A stretch of 26,047 bases of DNA from Myxococcales bacterium (GCA_038320275.1 JBBQEB010000039.1:1-26047); one strand, 5' to 3'. Positions 17,203 to 24,989 are shown, counted from the stretch's first letter. Notes: generated from the letters alone by a model not told the origin. Made by a program: numbers and translations.

Positions 17203-18575
17203 GCGCCACCTCGCAGCGCCGCGCGCTCCTGGCAGGAGCCGTCCTGGTGGCGGTGGCGGCGCTGGCCCGCGGCATCTTCCTGGCCGGCTTCTTCCCACCT
17301 ATGCACGGGCCGGACGAGGACGTCCACTTCGACTACGTGCAGGCTCTGGCCGAGCACGGCCACCTGCCGCGCGCTTCGCCCGGATGCTCCGTCTTTTCTC
17401 CCGAGGTGAATCTCCTCGACCGCCAGCTCCTCGACGGGGTCGCCTTCCACCCCGAGGAGCCGCTCCCGCCGCTCGCAAGCCTCGCCCTGCCGGACGGCCG
17501 CGACTTTGCCCAGCGGAGCACTACCGGCTGCGGGCCGGCCGCCACCTATCCTCCGCTCGCCTACGCCTCCGCGGTCCCGTTCTACGCAGCGGCGCGCGAT
17601 GGCCCCCTCCTCGTCCGCACCCTCGCCGTGCGGCTCGCCTCGGCGCTCTGGGGTGTCGCCGGTGCGCTCCTGGCCGTCGCGCTGGGCTTCATCTTCACGC
17701 GCTCGGCTGGCGACGCCTTGCTCCTCGGGCTTCTCACCGTCGCCCAGCCCATGGTGGGTTTTTTGTCGGCGGTGGCGAGCCCGGACGCGGCGCTCTTCGC
17801 CCTGTCCACCGGCAGCTTCGCCTGCATCGCCGCGCTCCACCGCAGGCCAGGCTCCAGCCGCGCGCTGGCCGCGCTCGCCCTCACCGCCACGGCCGGCGTG
17901 CTGGTGAAGCCCACCTTCATGCTGTTCCTGCCGGTGTACGCGGCGGGCTGCGCGGCGGCGCTGGGGCTGCGCCGCGCCAGGCTGCGCCGCACGGTCGGCC
18001 TCACCGGGCTCGCCATGGCGCTCCCGGCCGCGACCGCGCTGCTGTGGTCGGCATTCATCCGCTCGGCAGCAGCGCTGCAGCTCGCGCCGGAGGGCTCGCC
18101 GGAGGGGCTCGGCCACCTCCTCCGCCGGCTGCTCGAGCCCGACCGGCTCACCTGGATCTGGCACCGCATGTACTGGATGGTCTGGGGATGGGCCGACACC
18201 CGTCTGCGCCCCGGCTACTACCAGGCGCTCGGGCTCACCGTCTGCCTCGCGGCTGGAGGGCTTGTGCTGGGCTGGCGAACGCTGGCGCGGGAGGAGCGCG
18301 GGCTCGTCCTCTTCGGCCTCGCCGCGACCGCGTACGGCCTGGCGGCGCTCCACGGCCTCGAGCTCCTGGTGGTGCGGCGCACGGGTGGCCTCTTCGTGCA
18401 GGGGCGATACCTCCTGCCGCTCTTTCCGGTTCACGCGGGCATGCTCGTCGTCGGCCTGCGCGCGCTGGCCCGCCGCTTCGGCGCAGCGGTGGACCCGGGC
18501 TGGGCGCTCGCCGGGACGCTCGTGCTGGTGGACGCGGCGTCCTTCCTGCGCGTCCTCGTCCGCTCCTACGGGTGA
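17199..18575 (+). CDS. DUF2142-family membrane protein (putative GT-C glycosyltransferase), paralog 2
   Basis: Real part of ORF 15468..18575. GTG 17199 in a GTGA overlap with paralog 1 (alternative ATG 17166); 458 aa. PPMHGPDEDVHF, YPPLAY, VKPT, QGRYLLPLFP. Confidence 0.85.
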   Translation: MSATSQRRALLAGAVLVAVAALARGIFLAGFFPPMHGPDEDVHFDYVQALAEHGHLPRASPGCSVFSPEVNLLDRQLLDGVAFHPEEPLPPLASLALPDGRDFAQRSTTGCGPAATYPPLAYASAVPFYAAARDGPLLVRTLAVRLASALWGVAGALLAVALGFIFTRSAGDALLLGLLTVAQPMVGFLSAVASPDAALFALSTGSFACIAALHRRPGSSRALAALALTATAGVLVKPTFMLFLPVYAAGCAAALGLRRARLRRTVGLTGLAMALPAATALLWSAFIRSAAALQLAPEGSPEGLGHLLRRLLEPDRLTWIWHRMYWMVWGWADTRLRPGYYQALGLTVCLAAGGLVLGWRTLAREERGLVLFGLAATAYGLAALHGLELLVVRRTGGLFVQGRYLLPLFPVHAGMLVVGLRALARRFGAAVDPGWALAGTLVLVDAASFLRVLVRSYG

Positions 18576-18973
18576 GCGTCGCCGCGCGGGCCGGGCCGCG
18601 CCTTTCCCTCGCCTCGCATGCGCTCCAGCTCGGCCCGCAGCAGCGCGCACTCCTGCGCCAGGCGCCGCGTCCGCGCCGCGCCCGCCGAGACGGCCAGGGT
18701 GAGCGAGAGCGCGTTCACCGCGAGGTACAGGATGGCGAGCGCGAAGAGAGCGTTCGACGGCACCGCGACGCCGGCCAGGTGGGCCAGGAGGCGCAGCCCC
18801 TCGGGAAACAGCGTCAGGACGAGCGCGGCGCCGGTGGAGACGAGCCAGAGCAGGCTGTCGCGCACGCTCAGCCGCTCCTGCCGGATCAGGCGAACCACCC
18901 AGGCCAGGAACGCGAGCAGCACGCCCGCGGCGGCGAACTGGAGCGAGCGCGGGAGGAGCGGGCCCGAGGTCAT
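18566..18973 (-). CDS. DUF2304-family small membrane protein (GacJ/WpsB-like partner of the polyprenyl-phosphate glycosyltransferase)
   Basis: ATG 18973 in an ATGA overlap with the upstream GT2; 135 aa. Three TM segments with LIRQERL..SLLWL..FP..LAG...PSNALF and a C-terminal RRLAQECALL coil, typical of DUF2304. Confidence 0.87.
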   Translation of the reverse strand: MTSGPLLPRSLQFAAAGVLLAFLAWVVRLIRQERLSVRDSLLWLVSTGAALVLTLFPEGLRLLAHLAGVAVPSNALFALAILYLAVNALSLTLAVSAGAARTRRLAQECALLRAELERMRGEGKARPGPRGDAHP

Positions 18974-19680
18974 GCCGAGGGGTCGGAGGGCTGTGACCGG
19001 CGGGGGAGGAGGAGCAAGGCCAAGGTGACCTTCAGCAGGTAGTAGAGCGTTCGTCCGGCGGTGATGGAGCTCTTGCCGGCGGCGCGCTCGCGCATGGCGA
19101 CCGGCACCTCGCGCACGGCGAGGCCCGACCGCACCGCCAGCGCGATGGACTCCGGCTCGGGATAATCGGAGGGATAGCGCGCGGCGAAGAGACCGATGGC
19201 GCGTCGCCCCGCCACCCGGAAGCCGGAGGTGGGATCGGTCACCCGTGCGCCACAGCGCAGCCGCAGGAAGTGCACCAGGTAGCGGATGCCGGCCCGGCGC
19301 AGGGCGGTGGAGCGGAAGCCTCCCCCGCGCAGGAAGCGCGAGCCCACCACCAGGTCGGCGCGGCCCGACTCGACGAGCTCCGCGGCCCGGGCCAGCTCGG
19401 CGGGATCGTGCTGCCCGTCGCCGTCGATCTGCGCGGCGAGGTCGTAGCCGTGGTCGCGCGCCCAGAGGTAGCCCGCCTGCACGGCCCCGCCGATGCCGAG
19501 GTTCACCGCGCAGCGCAACACGGTCGCACCCGCGGCTGCAGCCACGGCACCGGTGGCGTCGCTGGAGGCGTCGTCCACCACGCACACGTCCCACTCCGGA
19601 GCGCGGGTCCGCAGCTCGGCGAGGACGCCGCCGATGGCGCGCTCCTCGTCGAGCGCCGGAACGATGACCAGGCGGCGCAT
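18970..19680 (-). CDS. GT2 of the DPM/DPG-synthase type (polyprenyl-phosphate glycosyltransferase, GacI/WpsA-like)
   Basis: ATG 19680 (236 aa). VIVPALDEE..VVDDASSDAT..NLGIGGAVQAG..QIDGDGQHDP..DLVVGSRF..TDPTSGFR..YPEPE..EVPVAMRERAAGKSS. Confidence 0.92.
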   Translation of the reverse strand: MRRLVIVPALDEERAIGGVLAELRTRAPEWDVCVVDDASSDATGAVAAAAGATVLRCAVNLGIGGAVQAGYLWARDHGYDLAAQIDGDGQHDPAELARAAELVESGRADLVVGSRFLRGGGFRSTALRRAGIRYLVHFLRLRCGARVTDPTSGFRVAGRRAIGLFAARYPSDYPEPESIALAVRSGLAVREVPVAMRERAAGKSSITAGRTLYYLLKVTLALLLLPRRSQPSDPSA

Positions 19681-19711
19681 GGGTCTGCCCGGAGTATCAT
19701 GCGCCGCACGC

Positions 19712-20308
19712 ATGGCCAATCGTCCTCTGCGCGCCGCAGCCACGGCGCTCCTGCTGGTCCCCTTCGTCTGGACCATGCTCCTCCTCCTGGAGGACATCCG
19801 CTCGCGTCCAAGCGGGCGGCTGCAGCTCGCTCTGGCGGGGCCGGCGGAGGTCTTGCCGCTCTCGCCGGGAGCCCGCTTCAGCTACCAGCTCGCGCCGCGC
19901 GACGAGGCCTATCGCGGCGTGCAGGTGCGGGTGGAGGCAGGGACGACGGCCCGCGCGGCGCGCCTGGAGGCCTGCCTCGCCGGCCGCTGCGCGGAAACGG
20001 AGCGGGACGTCCGGAAGCCCGGCTGGATCGAGCTCGCCCTGCCCCGAGGTGAAGGTGGCTGGGTCACCCTGCGCGTCGTCGCGTCGCCCGGTGGAATGGT
20101 CCTCGTCGCGGGCCACGGCGGCCGCCCCGACCTGCGCGCCGCGCTCGGCTTCAGCTGGCGCTTCCCCCTGGAGAGGGCGCGCGGGTACTTCGCCGCCGCG
20201 GCGGGCGCGGACCTCTTCTGGCCGGCGCTGGTGGCGTACGGCCTCGCCCTCCTGGCAGGGCTCGGGCTCGCGGCGCGCGGCATGGCGGCAGGCCTCCGCG
20301 GCCCGTAG
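19712..20308 (+). CDS. Hypothetical membrane protein (N- and C-terminal TM helices flanking a beta-rich soluble domain)
   Basis: ATG 19712 within ORF 19493..20308; 198 aa. Hydrophobic ALLLVPFVWTMLLLL and LFWPALVAYGLALLAGLGLAA; GC-rich third codon positions; fills the gap between the divergent GT2 and the UbiA-family gene. Confidence 0.7.
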   Translation: MANRPLRAAATALLLVPFVWTMLLLLEDIRSRPSGRLQLALAGPAEVLPLSPGARFSYQLAPRDEAYRGVQVRVEAGTTARAARLEACLAGRCAETERDVRKPGWIELALPRGEGGWVTLRVVASPGGMVLVAGHGGRPDLRAALGFSWRFPLERARGYFAAAAGADLFWPALVAYGLALLAGLGLAARGMAAGLRGP

Positions 20309-20319
20309 AGTCGAGGCGC

Positions 20320-21240
20320 GTGCTCCCGAGCTCCACACTCCAGGCCCGGCCAGCCCCCGGCAGGCTCACCGCGCGCGCTGCGCTGAGCGCGCTCCGGCCG
20401 GAGGGCTGGACCAAGAACGCGGTGGTGCTCGCGCCACTCTTGTTCGCGGTGCGCGCCACCGAGCCGGGGCCCCTCGGGCGAGCGCTGGCCGCCACCCTGG
20501 CGTTCTGCGCGCTGGCGAGCGCCGGGTATCTCGCAAACGACCTCGTCGACCGGGAGCGCGACAGCCATCACCCCGTCAAGCGCCTGCGGGCGATCGCCTC
20601 GGGCGCGCTGCGGCCCGGCCACGCCATCGCGCTCGCGGCTGGGCTGGCGGCTGCGGGGCTCGTCACCTCCGCTTTCCTGGGCCCGGCGGTGCTGGGCTGC
20701 GGCGCCGCCTACCTCGCGCTGCAGGTGCTGTACTCGCACGTGCTCAAGCAGCTGCCGGTGGTGGACGTGTTCGGCATCGCGGCCGGCTTCGTGCTGCGCG
20801 TGGTCGCGGGCGCACAGGCCATCGACGTGCCCGTCTCGAGCTGGCTCTACCTGTGCACGCTCCTCCTGGCGCTCTTCCTGGCGCTGGAGAAGCGCCGCGC
20901 GGAGCTCGCGCTGCTGGAGGGTTCAGCCGGGGTGCACCGCGCCGCGCTCGAAGGCTACACGCTCCCCCTCCTCGACCAGCTCGTCACGGTGGTCGCCGCC
21001 TGCACCGTCCTCGCCTACGCGCTCTACACCATGGCGCACGAGACCCTGGAGAAGTTCCACGGCGACCGGCTCCGCTTCACCGTCCCCTTCGTGCTCTTCG
21101 GGATCTTCCGCTACCTCTACCTCGTGCACCGGCGGGGCGAAGGTGGGAGCCCGGAGCGCGTACTCTTGCGGGACCGCCCTCTGCAGCTCGCCATCGGGGC
21201 CTGGCTCGTGCTGGTGATCTGGGCGGTCTACCGGATCTGA
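20320..21240 (+). CDS. Decaprenyl(polyprenyl)-phosphate phosphoribosyltransferase, UbiA prenyltransferase family
   Basis: 306 aa. LRPxxWTKN..YLANDLVDRERD.HHPVKR.RAIASG..YSHVLKQ..VDVF.IA.GFVLR..LFLALEKRRAEL..Y..RYLY..GSPE..DR, the DPPR-synthase (Rv3806c/NoeC-like) subfamily pattern. Confidence 0.9.
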   Translation: MLPSSTLQARPAPGRLTARAALSALRPEGWTKNAVVLAPLLFAVRATEPGPLGRALAATLAFCALASAGYLANDLVDRERDSHHPVKRLRAIASGALRPGHAIALAAGLAAAGLVTSAFLGPAVLGCGAAYLALQVLYSHVLKQLPVVDVFGIAAGFVLRVVAGAQAIDVPVSSWLYLCTLLLALFLALEKRRAELALLEGSAGVHRAALEGYTLPLLDQLVTVVAACTVLAYALYTMAHETLEKFHGDRLRFTVPFVLFGIFRYLYLVHRRGEGGSPERVLLRDRPLQLAIGAWLVLVIWAVYRI

Positions 21241-22547
21241 GGCGGAGCGGGCTTCGCTTCCGGCAGCGCGCACCACGCGATCCCCGCCCAGGCCAGCATC
21301 GCGACGTGCGGCAGTTCCCAGACGTTCTCCAGGACCGTCCCCGCCAGAAGGAAGAGCGACGCTGCGAAGAGCCCGCGCCGGACCGCGCCCGCCTCGCCCG
21401 AAGGCGAGCCCTTCCAGGCCCCGTGGGCGAGGCCGATGCCAGCGGCCATCAGCCATAAAAAGGGCAGCGCGCCGAGGAGGCCATACTCGGAAACGGTGGC
21501 GAGGAGCTGGCCGGGGATGATGGGGGAGTGCCCACCCTTGGTCGCCTCGTCGAGCAGCGGCGCCCGGAGGAACGCGCCGGCGGAGGACGAGAAGCGGGAG
21601 GGGCCGACGCCGAGCGCGAGCGCCGGCCCACCACGCGCCGCCATGCGCTCGCCGATCCAGCGGGCGTAGTACAGGCGGCCCATTCCGCGGTCCCGGTTCC
21701 ACTGCTCGATCCAGAAGCGGCGCGGCGAGAGCTCGCGCGCGTCCTCCGAGCCCTCGATGACAGGCTTGTAGGCGTAGAAGAGGCCGAGCCCCACCGCGGC
21801 GGCGAGCACCAGCGCCGCCAGCCCGGACAGTCCCGCCGGCCGCCGGAGCTGCGGCCACACAGCGGCAAGCACCAGGAGCGGCAGGATGAGCAGCGCGCCG
21901 CGCGAACTGGAGAGCACGAAGGGCACCATGAGCGCGGCGGCCGCGTAGAGCGGGGCCCGGCGCTCCGGGCGCGCCGCGGCCAGCGCCACCAGCGGGAGGA
22001 GGAAGAAGAGCAGATAGAACGCCATCGAGTTGGAGGCGCCGATCCAGAAGGTGCCGAAGACGAGGTCGCGCGACATGTCGCTGCGCGTGAGGGCGAACTG
22101 CGCCAGCGTGACCGGCACCTGGAGGAGCGCGAGCCCGAGCGAGAGCGCAGCCAGGGCGAGAAGGTGGCGGCGCGGAGGGCGGAGGAGCCAGATCACGTAG
22201 AAGGCGAGCACGGGCTCGAGGGGCCCGCGCAGCGCGAGGAGAAGGTGCCCCGGCGAGACGTGGTTCACGACGGCGGAGGCGACACCCGCCGCGATGCAGA
22301 GGGCGACCGGGACGTCGAGGGGAGAGCGCAGTCGAGCGGGGTGCCGCCTCCAGGCGAGGAGCGCGCCCAGCGCCACCGCTCCGGCCAGGGCCACGTCGTC
22401 GAGCCAGATGAACGCGAGCGGAAGGACGTGAAGGGTGCGAGTGGGGAGGTACTGGAGGGGAAGCCAGAACGCGACCAGGTAGAGGAGCGCCGTGGCGAGG
22501 CGCCGGGCGGCGCGCGAGAGCGCGTCCTCTGCCTGGGCCTGGCGCAT
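21228..22547 (-). CDS. O-antigen ligase/polymerase-like (Wzy_C/WaaL-type) polytopic membrane protein
   Basis: Real part of ORF 21228..23261; ATG 22547 (MRQAQAED..., 439 aa). About 11-12 TM segments; FGTF..SNSMA, LSSSRGA, loop R..LGVGP, EYGLLG. Confidence 0.78.
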   Translation of the reverse strand: MRQAQAEDALSRAARRLATALLYLVAFWLPLQYLPTRTLHVLPLAFIWLDDVALAGAVALGALLAWRRHPARLRSPLDVPVALCIAAGVASAVVNHVSPGHLLLALRGPLEPVLAFYVIWLLRPPRRHLLALAALSLGLALLQVPVTLAQFALTRSDMSRDLVFGTFWIGASNSMAFYLLFFLLPLVALAAARPERRAPLYAAAALMVPFVLSSSRGALLILPLLVLAAVWPQLRRPAGLSGLAALVLAAAVGLGLFYAYKPVIEGSEDARELSPRRFWIEQWNRDRGMGRLYYARWIGERMAARGGPALALGVGPSRFSSSAGAFLRAPLLDEATKGGHSPIIPGQLLATVSEYGLLGALPFLWLMAAGIGLAHGAWKGSPSGEAGAVRRGLFAASLFLLAGTVLENVWELPHVAMLAWAGIAWCALPEAKPAPPQIR

Positions 22548-22555
22548 GGCGGGGC

Positions 22556-22561
22556 AGTGTA
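22556..22561 (-). promoter_or_regulatory. Putative -10 element (TACACT) 8 nt upstream of the Wzy/WaaL-like start
   Basis: AGTGTA on the plus strand at 22556-22561; no Shine-Dalgarno before ATG 22547. No convincing -35 seen. Confidence 0.4.
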
Positions 22562-22600
22562 GACGAAAGGGCAGGGCGGGCTGGGATTTGGGGGGCGAAG

Positions 22601-22665
22601 GTCGGAGTCGGAGTCGCGGTCGAGGGTCGAGGGTCGTCGTCGCGGTCGCGGTCGCGGTCGTCGCG
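22601..22665. repeat. Degenerate intergenic hexamer tract (GTCGnn)n, about 10 units
   Basis: gtcgga gtcgga gtcgcg gtcgag g gtcgag g gtcgtc gtcgcg gtcgcg gtcgcg gtcgtc gcg, lying between two divergent genes. Confidence 0.85.
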
Positions 22666-22685
22666 GAGTGCTCCCTTTCCCGCGC

Positions 22686-22691
22686 TACACT
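22686..22691 (+). promoter_or_regulatory. Putative -10 element (GC-TACACT) upstream of the flippase
   Basis: TACACT at 22686-22691, 9 nt before the in-frame TTG at 22701; the same hexamer as the divergent one at 22556-22561. Confidence 0.4.
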
Positions 22692-22700
22692 CCGACCCGC

Positions 22701-23987
22701 TTGCTCTCCCGCGCCCTTCCCTCCCCCGAGCACCGGCACGCTGCGCTTGCGTTCTCGGCCCGGCTCGCGAACGGGCTGGGGCTCCTCCTGGGAGGGGCGC
22801 TGCTGGCGCGCGCGCTGGGGCCGGCTGGAATGGGCAGCTACGGCTACGCGCTCTTCCTCGCCACCGCCGGCGCCACCCTCGCCACCTTCGGCCTGCCCTC
22901 CGCAGCCACGCGCTTCACCGCCGAGGCGATCGGCGCGGGCGATCCCGGCCTCGCAGCCGCCGTGCTCCGCGCCTCCGCACGCTGGGCGGCGGGAGGCGTC
23001 CTCGCCGCAATCTCCCTCGCGGCGCTGCTCTCCCTGGCCGCGCCGGGCCTCCGGCCCCCTGCCCTCCCCATGTTCCTGCTGCTCCTCACGGCCCTGGCAG
23101 CGCGGGCGCTCGCGGCAGGTGCCGCGCAGGGGATGCGCGACTTCGCGGGCCAGCTCCGGGCCGCCGCGATCGGAGGCGGGGTGCTCCCGCTGGGCGCACT
23201 CGCGGTCACCCTCCTCCACCTGGGTGTCCCGGCCGCGCTGGGGGCCACCGCCGCACACCACGCCCTCGGGGCCTGGCTCCTCTCCCGGCGCACAGCACCG
23301 CTCGTCCGCTCTGCGGCGCCGCTATCGCCCGCCGGTCGAAGCCGCGTCCTTCGGTATGCCGGCGGCGTGGGGCTCCTGCTGGCGCTGGACGCGGTGGTGT
23401 ACCAGCAGTCGGAGACGCTCTTCCTGCGCGCCTACGCATCCGCGTCCGACCTCGGCCTGTACGCCACCGCCTATGGGCTGGCGAGCCAGGTCATGACTCT
23501 CCTGCCCGGCAGCTTCGCGGCAGCGCTGTTCCCCGCCCTCGCCGCGCGCGTGGGCGCGCGCGACCAGGCTGGTCTCGCGCAGGCGTATGGGCGCGGACTC
23601 GCCACCCTCGGACTTCTCGCGGTTCCGCTCGCGCTCGCCCTCTCCGCGCTGGCTGGGCCGGTCCTGGCGCTCCTCTACGGCGAGCCCTTTCGGGCAGCCG
23701 CCCCCATCCTGCGGCTCGTGCTGGCCGCTGGGGCCGCTGGAGCCCTGGCCTCCGCGGCGTCGTCGCTCCTCTATGCGATCGACCGGCAGGGCGTCCTGCT
23801 GCGCATCGGCCTCGCCGCAGCGGCGCTGAACCTCACCCTCGATGCGCTTCTGATCCCCTCCGGCGGCGCGCTGGGAGCCGCGCTCGCGAACGGCGCGGCC
23901 CAGGCCTACGCGGCCGTGGCGACCCTGGTTGCGGGCTCCTACGCGGTGCGCCGTGACCCACCGTGGGAGGCCTTCCGGCGCGAGTGA
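22701..23987 (+). CDS. wzx: Wzx-like oligosaccharide flippase (MOP superfamily polysaccharide biosynthesis protein)
   Basis: ORF 22668..23987 (start either GTG 22668 or TTG 22701). LARALGPAGMGSYG..FGLPSAATRF..LGLYATAY..ALFPALA..LLYGEPF..NLTLDALLIP..GALGAALA; about 12 TM segments. Confidence 0.87.
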   Translation: MLSRALPSPEHRHAALAFSARLANGLGLLLGGALLARALGPAGMGSYGYALFLATAGATLATFGLPSAATRFTAEAIGAGDPGLAAAVLRASARWAAGGVLAAISLAALLSLAAPGLRPPALPMFLLLLTALAARALAAGAAQGMRDFAGQLRAAAIGGGVLPLGALAVTLLHLGVPAALGATAAHHALGAWLLSRRTAPLVRSAAPLSPAGRSRVLRYAGGVGLLLALDAVVYQQSETLFLRAYASASDLGLYATAYGLASQVMTLLPGSFAAALFPALAARVGARDQAGLAQAYGRGLATLGLLAVPLALALSALAGPVLALLYGEPFRAAAPILRLVLAAGAAGALASAASSLLYAIDRQGVLLRIGLAAAALNLTLDALLIPSGGALGAALANGAAQAYAAVATLVAGSYAVRRDPPWEAFRRE

Positions 23988-24023
23988 ACTCTCCGCCAGG
24001 GCGTGCTATTTCTCCCGTTCCGC

Positions 24024-24989
24024 GTGCCCGCCACCACCCCATCCGTCAGCATCGTCGTGCCCACCTACAGGCGCGAGCAGGTGCTGTGCGAGACGCTGAC
24101 GCACCTCCTGGCCCAGCGCTATCCTGACCTCGAGATCGTGGTGGTGGATCAGACCGCCGAGCACGAGCCTGCGACGCGCCGCTTCCTGCGCGAGCACGCG
24201 GGCCGGCTGCGCTATCACCTGCTCCCGGAACCGGGCCTGCCCGACGCGCGAAACGTCGGGGCGCGGCTCGCGCGCGGAGAGGTCGTCCTCTTCGTCGACG
24301 ACGACATTGTCCCGGTGGACGACGGGCTCGTGGCCGCCCACGCGGCCTGCTACGAAAACGTGCTGGTGGGGGCGGTGGCCGGACGCGTGCTCGAGCCCAT
24401 CCTGCCCAACGCGCCGGCAGGGCACGCCTACGTCAACGCGTATGGCCGCATCGTGTCGAACTTCTCTGGCACCTCTCCGGCCGAGGTCTGGACGGCGAAA
24501 GGCGCCAACATGAGCTTCCGCCGGCGCGTGCTGGAGGAGGTCGGCCCGTTCGACCGGCGCTATGCCGGCAACTCCATCCTGGAGGAAACGGACTACTGCT
24601 ATCGGGTACGCGCGCTCGGCTACGATATCCGCTTCGAGCCCAAGGCGGCCGTGCATCACCTGGTGGCGCCCACGGGCGGCTGCCGCGAGGCGCGCTGGCT
24701 GGAGGCGAAGTACTGGCTCTTCCACAACAGCGCCCTCTTCTACATGAAGCAGAAGCCGCGCCTCGGCCTGCCGCTGTTCCTCGGCTTCTTCGCAGCGCGT
24801 GGGGCGCTCTACGTCGGCCGGGCGCGGGGTGGACCCCGCGACTGGCTCCGGCTCATGGACGGGCTGCGGCAGGGATTCCGGGCGTACGCGGCGGAAGACG
24901 GCGCGGTTCGGCCCCTCGACATCGCACCTCCGGTCTCCGAAGAGGCGTCCGCCCCCCTCCCCACCTCGCTGCGGAGGTCGGGCCCGTAG
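24024..24989 (+). CDS. GT2 family glycosyltransferase
   Basis: ORF 24003..24989 (GTG 24003 or 24024). VSIVVPTYRR..VVVDQ..ARNVGARLARGEVVLFVDDD..GANMSFRR..GPFD..EETDYCYR. Confidence 0.92.
   Translation: MPATTPSVSIVVPTYRREQVLCETLTHLLAQRYPDLEIVVVDQTAEHEPATRRFLREHAGRLRYHLLPEPGLPDARNVGARLARGEVVLFVDDDIVPVDDGLVAAHAACYENVLVGAVAGRVLEPILPNAPAGHAYVNAYGRIVSNFSGTSPAEVWTAKGANMSFRRRVLEEVGPFDRRYAGNSILEETDYCYRVRALGYDIRFEPKAAVHHLVAPTGGCREARWLEAKYWLFHNSALFYMKQKPRLGLPLFLGFFAARGALYVGRARGGPRDWLRLMDGLRQGFRAYAAEDGAVRPLDIAPPVSEEASAPLPTSLRRSGP

Noticed and set aside
10294..18575. Apparent giant ORFs 10294..13440, 12660..15416 and 15468..18575 suggesting fusions or programmed frameshifts
   Set aside because: Their N-terminal parts are low-complexity off-frame read-through of the upstream gene. 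Each real gene starts at a GTGA stop/start overlap, which is ordinary translational coupling.
20320..21240. Annotation as ubiquinone-pathway ubiA (4-hydroxybenzoate polyprenyltransferase)
   Set aside because: Motifs (WTKN, HPxKxxRxIASG, KRRxEL) and glycan-locus context fit the DPPR-synthase subfamily instead.
22548..23261. N-terminal extension of ORF 21228..23261 including a TATATAT peptide
   Set aside because: It overlaps wzx on the opposite strand and merely translates the hexamer tract; ATG 22547 gives a normal-sized membrane protein.
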